A stretch of 64,000 nucleotides of DNA from NCBI GenBank assembly GCA_964598205.1, contig CAZRBB010000005.1, forward strand, positions 5,721 through 69,720. The letters are read 5' to 3'. Below are positions 56,782 to 64,000 of this stretch, in pieces. Position numbers and translations under genes: made by a program. Under the pieces are notes generated by a model, which had not been told where the DNA came from, searched no databases, and saw nothing but the letters and a program-made list of their open reading frames with translations. The DNA is from an uncultured Candidatus Saccharibacteria bacterium. GTDB lineage: Bacteria; Patescibacteriota; Minisyncoccia; CAIUEV01; JAHKAQ01. Within the stretch, counting starts at the first letter, position 1, and every line of letters begins with the position of its first letter.

Positions 56782-58455
56782 TCATTTCTGTTTTTCTTTA
56801 TTCACTTTTTTCTCTTTTTTATTTTTAAATTTATCAACAATTATTTTCTTTACCATTATTAACCAAGGAAAAAATAAAGTCACCCCCAAAAGCGTCCAAA
56901 AAACTCTCCTATTAAACTGGTCACGGAGACAGACCACTCCTTCAATTTTTTTACAATCATAAATCTCTTTCATTGTCTTTTTTGATTCTCCCTTACTATT
57001 GTAAGAACTTACTTCTAATTCTAAATAATCAAGGTCTTTTGGAGCTTTAATCTTATTCCTCCATCCCTTTATCACTCCGTCTATTTTCCCCACATAAACA
57101 GCTCTTCCAATTTCTCCTCCTTCTTTGTCTTTTAATAAAAGTTCTATTCTTGAAACATTATTTTCATTGGCTAGTGATTGTTTTTTTTGAATATCCTGAA
57201 AAAATTCATATAAACTTAAATCAAAAAAACCCGTAAAAAGATCCACCGTTTCTCCTTTTCTTATTGGAAATTTATTAATACCAGTACCAATTAAACATGG
57301 CACATCTCCTTTATACTCAAGAAAGATCGGAAAATAAACAATATATTTCCTCCCTTCGCCTTCAATTAAAACCTGGAGAGAGGAGCCACCAAAAGTATTG
57401 TCCGCTCCATAAAATCCCTTCTCCTTAAAAGTTTTTTGAGCCCTCTCAATATAATCGTCCAAATTGAACTCATGAGAAACTTCTTCTGTTGACCTTGGTT
57501 TTACTGCAAAAGAACGCCTTTCGGCAATTTCGTTCAAATCCTTATCCAAGCCCGCAAATCTTCCGCCAAAAAAATTAATCAAATCATAACGAACATTAAA
57601 ATTCTTTGCTTCTTGTGAATTATTAAACATTTTAAAACGAACTGTTACCTGAGAATAGCTAATAATATTCTGGATATTTTTGATAAAAAATCTATTCTCT
57701 TTATTTATCATTTCAAAATCAAAACCCCCATCCTTGGAAACCAAGCCAAAACTTTTATCACCCTTTAATACGGAAAAAATAAAAGAACCTCTAGAAAGTT
57801 TTGGGAGCCACTGACGAGGATTAGCATAAAGCATGGAACCCTCAAGTCTCCGCGAAACACTACTATCAACAGCTCCTACATCTAAGGAATAATTTCCTGG
57901 GGGAATATTTTCTGGAATAGTGTATAAAAAAGAAATCTTCTTTTCCCTTCCCCCTGTCAAATCAAAAGAATTGGGAGTTATTAGAAATAAATCATTCAAC
58001 AATTCAGTAGGATAATAATTTGCACCTAGTGTCTTTAATGATCCATGAATTTTTATATTAACTAACGGATAGCTTTCTGGATTTTTTAATAAAATATTCA
58101 AAATAATCTTCTCCCCACCTTTTAGCTCTTTATTGTTTTTATCACCATTCTCTTTTACTGCAGAAACTAGCTCAAGAACAGATTGCTGATTGGATTTTTG
58201 ATACCCCGCTCTATTTACCAATTCTCCAAGATAAAAAGGTTCACCAATAGACCCTTCCCTTACATAATTCCCTCCCAAACCAAAAGAAGGATCTTTTAGC
58301 AAAAAAGCATCAGGGGCCAGTCGTTCATTTTTTATAATTTCGTTCTTGTGATTACGAAAATACAGAACGAGAAAAACGATTAGTATCCCAATTGAAAGAA
58401 CAGTAAGTACTTTCTGCCAAGCAAGTATTTTTTTTACTTTTTTGTCTTTATTCAT
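56782..58455 (-). CDS. Membrane-anchored surface protein, paralog A
   Basis: N- and C-terminal TM; Ig-like YTIPENIPPGNYSL; ATG 58455 (MNKDK) matches the paralog starts better than 58488. Confidence 0.8.
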   Translation of the reverse strand: MNKDKKVKKILAWQKVLTVLSIGILIVFLVLYFRNHKNEIIKNERLAPDAFLLKDPSFGLGGNYVREGSIGEPFYLGELVNRAGYQKSNQQSVLELVSAVKENGDKNNKELKGGEKIILNILLKNPESYPLVNIKIHGSLKTLGANYYPTELLNDLFLITPNSFDLTGGREKKISFLYTIPENIPPGNYSLDVGAVDSSVSRRLEGSMLYANPRQWLPKLSRGSFIFSVLKGDKSFGLVSKDGGFDFEMINKENRFFIKNIQNIISYSQVTVRFKMFNNSQEAKNFNVRYDLINFFGGRFAGLDKDLNEIAERRSFAVKPRSTEEVSHEFNLDDYIERAQKTFKEKGFYGADNTFGGSSLQVLIEGEGRKYIVYFPIFLEYKGDVPCLIGTGINKFPIRKGETVDLFTGFFDLSLYEFFQDIQKKQSLANENNVSRIELLLKDKEGGEIGRAVYVGKIDGVIKGWRNKIKAPKDLDYLELEVSSYNSKGESKKTMKEIYDCKKIEGVVCLRDQFNRRVFWTLLGVTLFFPWLIMVKKIIVDKFKNKKEKKVNKEKQK

Positions 58456-58497
58456 AAGACCGCTTAATAAAAAGTATCTAAGGGACATTCTTGTTGA

Positions 58498-60054
58498 CTA
58501 GTCACGAAGACAAGCCACTCCTTCAATCTTTTTGCAATCGTAAATCTCTTCCGTTGTTTTATCTAATTTCCCTTGATTGTTATAAATGCTCGCCGTTAAC
58601 TCTAAATAATCAAGGTCTTTTGGAGCTTTAATCTTATTCCTCCATCCCTTTGTTGATCCGTCTATTTTCCCCACATAAACAGCTCTTCCAATTTCTCCTC
58701 CTTCTTTGTCTTTTAATAAAAGTTCTATTCTTGAAACATTATTTTCATTGGCTAATACTTGCTTCTCTTTGCTATTTTGAAAGGATTGAGACAATCTTAA
58801 ATCAAGAAAGCCTGTAAAAAGATCTACCGTTTCTCCTTTTCTTATTGGAAATTTACTAATATTGGGAACAGTCAAGCAAGCCGCATACCCCTTAAATTCA
58901 CGAAACAGGGGAAAGTAAACAATATATTTTCTTCCTTCGCCCTCAATTAAAATCTGGAGAGAAGAGAATCCAAAAATATTATCCGCCCAAGAAAAATCCT
59001 TATCATTAAAAGATTTTTGAGCCCTTTCAATATAATCGTCCAAATTGAACTCGTGAAAAACTTCTTCTGTTGACCCTGGTTTTACTGTAAAAGAACGCCT
59101 TTCGGCAATTTTGTCCAAGTCTTTATTAAAATCCATAAACAATCCACCGGCAAGATTAATTAAATCATAACGAACACTAAAATTCTTTGCTTCTTGTGAA
59201 TCATTAAACATTTTGAAACGAACCCCTACTTGAGGATAACTAACAATATTCCAAGAACTTTTTAATGAAAATTTGTTCTCTTTGTTTATTATTTCAAAAT
59301 CAAGATCCCCATCCTTAGAAACCAAGCCAAAACTTTTATCACCATCTAGCACGGAAAAAATCAAAGAACCTTTAGGCGGCTTCTTCCACCCCCAATTACG
59401 ATAAAAAGTGAAACCGGCCAAATAACGATGATTATTCCCCTCAGTGGCTCCCAATTCTAAGGAATAATTTCCTGGAGGAATATTTTCTGGAATAGTGTAT
59501 AAAAAAGAAATCTTTTTTTCCTTTCCCCCTGCTAAATCAAAAGAATTGGAAGTTATTAGAAAAAAATCATTCAAAAAACTGGTTGGAAGATTTTTATCGC
59601 CCACTATCCCTCTTAGAACCCCAGCAATTTTTATATTAACTAACGGATAGTTTTCTGGATTTCTAAATAAAATATTTAGAACAATCTTCTCCCCACCTTT
59701 TAGCTCTTTATTGTTTTTATCACCATTCTCTTTTACTGCAGAAACTAGCTCAAGAACAGATTGCTGATTGGATTTTTGATACCCCGCTCTATTTACCAAT
59801 TCTCCAAGATAAAAAGGTTCACCAATAGACCCTTCCCTTACATAATTCCCTCCCAAACCAAAAGAAGAATCTTTTAGCAAAGATGATTCAGGAGAAACAA
59901 AAGACTCTTTTTCAAAAATCAATCTTTTGCGACTGCGAAAAAAAAGAACGAGAGAAGCAACTAATACCAAAACCAAAAAAACAACAAATATCTTTCGCCA
60001 AAAAAAAACATTTTTTAATTTTACTTCTTTCTCTTTATTTTTTATTATATCCAC
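58498..60054 (-). CDS. Membrane-anchored surface protein, paralog B (no C-terminal TM)
   Basis: Colinear with A and C; ends CLRD-stop where the others continue CLRDQFNR plus a TM. Confidence 0.8.
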   Translation of the reverse strand: MDIIKNKEKEVKLKNVFFWRKIFVVFLVLVLVASLVLFFRSRKRLIFEKESFVSPESSLLKDSSFGLGGNYVREGSIGEPFYLGELVNRAGYQKSNQQSVLELVSAVKENGDKNNKELKGGEKIVLNILFRNPENYPLVNIKIAGVLRGIVGDKNLPTSFLNDFFLITSNSFDLAGGKEKKISFLYTIPENIPPGNYSLELGATEGNNHRYLAGFTFYRNWGWKKPPKGSLIFSVLDGDKSFGLVSKDGDLDFEIINKENKFSLKSSWNIVSYPQVGVRFKMFNDSQEAKNFSVRYDLINLAGGLFMDFNKDLDKIAERRSFTVKPGSTEEVFHEFNLDDYIERAQKSFNDKDFSWADNIFGFSSLQILIEGEGRKYIVYFPLFREFKGYAACLTVPNISKFPIRKGETVDLFTGFLDLRLSQSFQNSKEKQVLANENNVSRIELLLKDKEGGEIGRAVYVGKIDGSTKGWRNKIKAPKDLDYLELTASIYNNQGKLDKTTEEIYDCKKIEGVACLRD

Positions 60055-60110
60055 AAAAATCTAATAATCTATTGCTAAAGAAGCTCTAAAAAAATTATTT
60101 ATGTTTTTCT

Positions 60111-61337
60111 TTATCCCTTTGGTCCACCGTTCTGGTAGGTACTCGCTAAAAATCCTTCGGCAAAGAAATTAGTCTCTCCGTCTATCTTCCAAAGATTAAA
60201 GGTTCGTATTTTCTTTTTTAGTTCCTTAATTTTTACTATCTTAATCCACTCTTTCTTTAGACTAAAAAGCTCGTCTCCTTCTTTTAATTCAAAAGGATTT
60301 TTAACATGAGTAGCAATCTTACATTTTTTAAAATTCTTTTTACTCAAAACACCCCAACCAATTTTATCTTTCTTTTTTGAATACAATGGGTGCTCTGCAG
60401 ACACTACTAATCTTTTACCGTTTTCCATTAGTAATTCAAACATGTCTTCCCGTTGAGCAGTGGTAATAGTTCTAATAACTTTTTTTTCTAATTTATTTTC
60501 ATTAACATTGTAAGAAACCACCTTTTGTCCAATTTTTAATTTATCAATAGGAAGAGACTTGTTTTCGTAAAGAGCAATTTTGGTATTACTAGCAAAGCAT
60601 TGGTCACTGCCGCTATCGGCTGTGGTGCAGTTGGTGGTGTAATCGATGGAGGTAGTGGAGGTAGTTTCGGTAGTGGAGGTAGTTTCGGTAGTGGAGGTAG
60701 TTTCGGTAGTGGAGGTAGTTTCGGTAGTGGAGGGGGCGGGAATGTAGAGGTAGTAGAGGTAGTAGTAGTAGTCGTAGGTGTCGGAGTAGGTGTTGGAGTA
60801 GGTGTTGGAGTAGGTGTTGGAGTAGGTGTTGGAGTAGGTGTTATGATAATTATTAACATACTGGCTGGTAGTGGCGGTAGTGGCGGTAGTGGCGGTAGTG
60901 GCGGTAGTTTCGGTGAAGGTAGTGGAGGTAGTGGAGGTAGTGGAGGTAGTGCTGGTAGTGGCGGTAGTACAGTCGCAATCACAGGTTGTTCCTGCTGGAG
61001 TAATTGTTGGATACGCTTCATCCCAAGAACTAGCACTCCCTGTCCAACTACCACTGTTCGTAGGAACAGCATAAACCCTGTCCCCTTTAAACAATTGACT
61101 AACGCTGCTTAATAAAACATCATCGTTCTGGTGAACCCGATGAACCATAAAAGTATAATCCGTCCTTGCAGAATAATTAAAACCAGCGGAAATATTACTT
61201 CCAGTGCAGGAAGAACTTGCAGATTGATTGGTAGGAGAAGCCGCTAAGACGCTCTCCCCCTTTTCTTGATTCTTAGAAGCCAAAAAAGAAGAAGCGCAGA
61301 GAAGAGAAATAAGTTTAGCAATGTCCCTTTTTTTCAT
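60111..61337 (-). CDS. Probably exported Thr/Tyr tandem-repeat protein with a C-terminal Hint domain
   Basis: Signal-like N-terminus; repeats; Hint motifs CFASNTKI (Cys247), IDKLKIGQKV, SAEHP, LKEGDEL, TFNL, NFFAEGFLAS. Confidence 0.85.
   Translation of the reverse strand: MKKRDIAKLISLLCASSFLASKNQEKGESVLAASPTNQSASSSCTGSNISAGFNYSARTDYTFMVHRVHQNDDVLLSSVSQLFKGDRVYAVPTNSGSWTGSASSWDEAYPTITPAGTTCDCDCTTATTSTTSTTSTTSTTFTETTATTATTATTATTSQYVNNYHNTYSNTYSNTYSNTYSNTYSDTYDYYYYLYYLYIPAPSTTETTSTTETTSTTETTSTTETTSTTSIDYTTNCTTADSGSDQCFASNTKIALYENKSLPIDKLKIGQKVVSYNVNENKLEKKVIRTITTAQREDMFELLMENGKRLVVSAEHPLYSKKKDKIGWGVLSKKNFKKCKIATHVKNPFELKEGDELFSLKKEWIKIVKIKELKKKIRTFNLWKIDGETNFFAEGFLASTYQNGGPKG
60648..60968. repeat. 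Compound coding tandem-repeat array (18-, 12- and 9-mers)
   Basis: GGAGGTAGTTTCGGTAGT x4 (60657-60728), GGAGTAGGTGTT x5 (60783-60842), GGCGGTAGT x4 (60873-60908), GGAGGTAGT x3 (60924-60950). Confidence 0.95.
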
Positions 61338-63000
61338 TTTTCTTTTTTAATTTATCAACGATAATTAAGGCTAGCACTAAACCGGAGAAAAATAAAGTCA
61401 CTCCTAAAAGCGTCCAAAGAACTTTCCGGTTAAACTGGTCACGGAGACAAACGGCTCCTTCAATCTTTTCACAATCGTAGACATCTTTCATTGTCCTTTC
61501 CAATTCCCCTTGATTGTTATAAATACTCATCGTTAACTCTAAGTAATCAAGATCATTTTGAACTTTTATTTTATTTCTCCAACCTTTTGTTACGCCATCA
61601 ACCTTTCCTATATAAACGGTCCTTCCTATTTCATTTCCATCTTTATCTTTTAATAAGAGCTCTATTTTAGAAACATTGTTTTCGCTAGCTAATGATTGCT
61701 TTTTTTGAATATCTTGGAAAAATTCAAACAACATTAAATCAAAAAAACCCGTGAAAAGATCCACCGTCTCCCCTTTTTTTATAGGGAATTTACTAATACC
61801 AAAATTATGCGAATATGTCCCTGCCATTTCAAATTCAAGATACAAAGGAAAGTAAACAATATATTTTCTTCCTTCACCCTCAATTAAAACCTGAAGAGTA
61901 GAAGAACTAAAAGAATTATCCGCCCAATAAAATCCCTTTTCCCTAAAAGCTTTCTGAGCCCTTTTAATGTAGTCTTCCAGATTAAACTCATGAAGAACTT
62001 CTTCGGTTGATCTCGGTTTTACCGTAAAAGAAGCCCTTTCGGGAACTTTGTCTAAATCCTTATCCAGATCCGCAAATATTCCACCAAAAAGATTAATTAA
62101 ATCATAACGAACACTAAAATTCTTTGCTTCTTGTGAATCATTAAACATTTTAAAACGAACCCCTACTTGAGGATAGCTAATAATAATCCAAGGATTTTTT
62201 AATGAAAATTTATTCTCTTTGTTTATCACTTCAAAATCAAGATCCTCATCCTTAGAAACCAAGCCAAAACTTTTATCACCATCTACTACGGAAAACACCA
62301 AAGAGGTTCTGCCAACCTGTATCTCCCGATCGATATAAACAAAACCACTTCCATCTAAATATCGCAAAGCATTACTATCAACGGCTCCTACACCTATAGA
62401 GTATTCTCCCGGAGAAATGTTTTCTGGAATAGTATATGGAAAAGAAATCTTCTTTTCCATTCCTCCCGCCAAACTAAAAGAATTAGGAGTTATTAAAAAG
62501 AAATCATTCAGCAATTTAGTAAGTCTGCCTGCATGTCGCGTCTTTAATGCTCCATGAATTTTTATATTAACTAACGGATAGCTTTCTGGATTTTTTAATA
62601 AAATATTCAAAATAATCTTCTCCCCACCTTTTAGCTCTTTATCGTTTTTTATATCACCATTTTCATTTTCTACAGAAATTAGTCTGAGTATAGCTTGATT
62701 TTTGCGGTTTTTCCACCATCCTCTATTTATCAATTCTCCAAGATAAAAAGGTTCACCAATAGACCCCTCTCTTACATAATTCCCTCCCAAACCAAAAGAA
62801 GGATCTTTCGATAAAGATGTTTCATGAGAAACAGAAGTCTCTTTTCTAAAAATTCCGCTTTTACGATTGCGAAAGAAAAGAACAAGAGAAGCAACTAATA
62901 CCAAAACCAAAAAAACAACAAATATCTTTCGCCAAAAAAAAATATTTTTTAGCTTCCCTTTTTCATCTCCACTTTCGTTTTTGTTTTTGTTTTTGTCCAT
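61315..63000 (-). CDS. Membrane-anchored surface protein, paralog C
   Basis: Colinear with A and B; N- and C-terminal TM; 3' end overlaps the Hint-protein start by 23 nt. Confidence 0.8.
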   Translation of the reverse strand: MDKNKNKNESGDEKGKLKNIFFWRKIFVVFLVLVLVASLVLFFRNRKSGIFRKETSVSHETSLSKDPSFGLGGNYVREGSIGEPFYLGELINRGWWKNRKNQAILRLISVENENGDIKNDKELKGGEKIILNILLKNPESYPLVNIKIHGALKTRHAGRLTKLLNDFFLITPNSFSLAGGMEKKISFPYTIPENISPGEYSIGVGAVDSNALRYLDGSGFVYIDREIQVGRTSLVFSVVDGDKSFGLVSKDEDLDFEVINKENKFSLKNPWIIISYPQVGVRFKMFNDSQEAKNFSVRYDLINLFGGIFADLDKDLDKVPERASFTVKPRSTEEVLHEFNLEDYIKRAQKAFREKGFYWADNSFSSSTLQVLIEGEGRKYIVYFPLYLEFEMAGTYSHNFGISKFPIKKGETVDLFTGFFDLMLFEFFQDIQKKQSLASENNVSKIELLLKDKDGNEIGRTVYIGKVDGVTKGWRNKIKVQNDLDYLELTMSIYNNQGELERTMKDVYDCEKIEGAVCLRDQFNRKVLWTLLGVTLFFSGLVLALIIVDKLKKKNEKKGHC

Positions 63001-63150
63001 AAATAAAAATAAAATAAAGTAAGATAAAATAAAACCCTACCAAAATTACACTACAAATATACCATGCCCCACATTTTCTAGCAAATTAATCATCCTTCTC
63101 AGTCGTACTTTATTCATGTAGAATCACTAAGACAATAAAAAGCCCAAAAA

Positions 63151-64000
63151 ATGGAAAAATTTTTCTCAAATTTAATATCCCCTTTCCGCTCAACAATAAA
63201 AAAGAAGATTAGATTCAAGAAAGAAATCTTCACCAATACTCTAAAAATTAATTTAACTCAAAGCTGCAATCAAGAACATCTTTCTTGTTACTCTAAATGC
63301 CCAGAAGAAAACAACAACACTTTCATAAAAAAAGAGAAATTACTAAAAACAATGAAAGAATTCTCTTTTTGGGGGTTAAAGAGAATTTCCTTTTCAGGAG
63401 GAGAGCCCTTGCTTCATCCGGACTTCTTTTTTATTTATAACCAAGCCCAAATACTATTTGAAGAAGTTCGAGTTTCCACTAATGGAACCATTCCCCTACA
63501 AGGAGAGCTGGTAGCTAGACAAAGCGATGTCTTTATTTTTAATTTTAAATTTTCAAAAGATGAAAATTTTATTAGAAACTTACATTTACTAAACAATAAA
63601 ACAAACCCTAAAATATTATTCAACATTTTAATAGAAAAAGACACTAACATTCCTCTTTACAAGGAACAGATTCTCCTTTTAAAAAACATTAATTTAAAAA
63701 GAATACTCTTTTCTCTTTCCTTTGATTCCAAAAAAAACATTAACCAAGAAAAAGAAATTCTTAACGAAAAAACTTTTGAAATAGTTAATTTCATTTATAA
63801 CAATAGACAGAATTGCATTCTTCATCAAAGAGTTCCTTACTGCTTTCTCCTTCCAAAATTAAAAGAATTACTAAAAATAAAGACTCCCCAAGGCTATAGC
63901 CTAGAATGCTTAGGAATGCTGGATCACAATTTCAACATCTACCCCTGCCCTCAACACCACCAAGAAAAAAATCCCAAAAACATGTTTTCTAAAAACGACA
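63151..64000 (+). CDS. Second radical SAM-like protein, paralog of 55811-56776 (runs off the window; absent from the ORF track)
   Basis: Hand translation: MEKFFS...LTQSCNQEHLSCYSKC...FSFWG...SGGEPLLHP...STNGTI...FIFNF...PYCFL...EC.G.LD.NFNI.PC, open to the window end. Confidence 0.85.
   Translation, partial: MEKFFSNLISPFRSTIKKKIRFKKEIFTNTLKINLTQSCNQEHLSCYSKCPEENNNTFIKKEKLLKTMKEFSFWGLKRISFSGGEPLLHPDFFFIYNQAQILFEEVRVSTNGTIPLQGELVARQSDVFIFNFKFSKDENFIRNLHLLNNKTNPKILFNILIEKDTNIPLYKEQILLLKNINLKRILFSLSFDSKKNINQEKEILNEKTFEIVNFIYNNRQNCILHQRVPYCFLLPKLKELLKIKTPQGYSLECLGMLDHNFNIYPCPQHHQEKNPKNMFSKND

Noticed and set aside
60730-60845. Run of NNC codons suggesting a diversity-generating retroelement variable region
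   Set aside because: Explained by tandem repeats; no reverse transcriptase or template repeat differing only at adenines in this window, and the paralog differences include indels
60536-61112. Alternative-frame Pro-rich, Gly-rich and Val-rich ORFs over the repeat array
   Set aside because: The frames stay open only because the repeats lack stops; only the 60111-61337 frame links a leader to the Hint domain

Overview
AT-rich bacterial chromosomal segment read in the standard code. Gene content, compact spacing and scarce Shine-Dalgarno sites suggest a Patescibacteria/CPR (Parcubacteria-like) genome; this is inference only. Positions 1-54.6 kb are mostly housekeeping: the F-type ATP synthase operon, secF/secD/secA/hpf, uvrA, a membrane-anchored Clp-like ATPase, tsaD, glmS-yvcK-glmU-like, valS, serS, tRNA-Val(CAC), tRNA-Glu(CTC), an ECF sigma locus and mraZ-rsmH-ftsL-ftsI-murF-lgt. 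A decayed accessory region lies next to the tRNA-Val 3' end. Two things stand out. (1) At 54.8-64 kb, two paralogous radical SAM genes bracket an operon of three membrane-anchored paralogs (conserved framework, hypervariable patches) and a probably exported Thr/Tyr tandem-repeat protein that ends in a Hedgehog-like Hint domain. An S66 peptidase lacking its catalytic Ser sits directly upstream. (2) There are several 170-250 bp multibranched palindromic intergenic elements. One family has two copies that differ by compensatory base-pair changes, and one copy is flanked by a 10-bp direct repeat. Another element has two ~30-bp hairpins whose loops are complementary. All family assignments come from motif recognition by eye; no database search or folding program was run.
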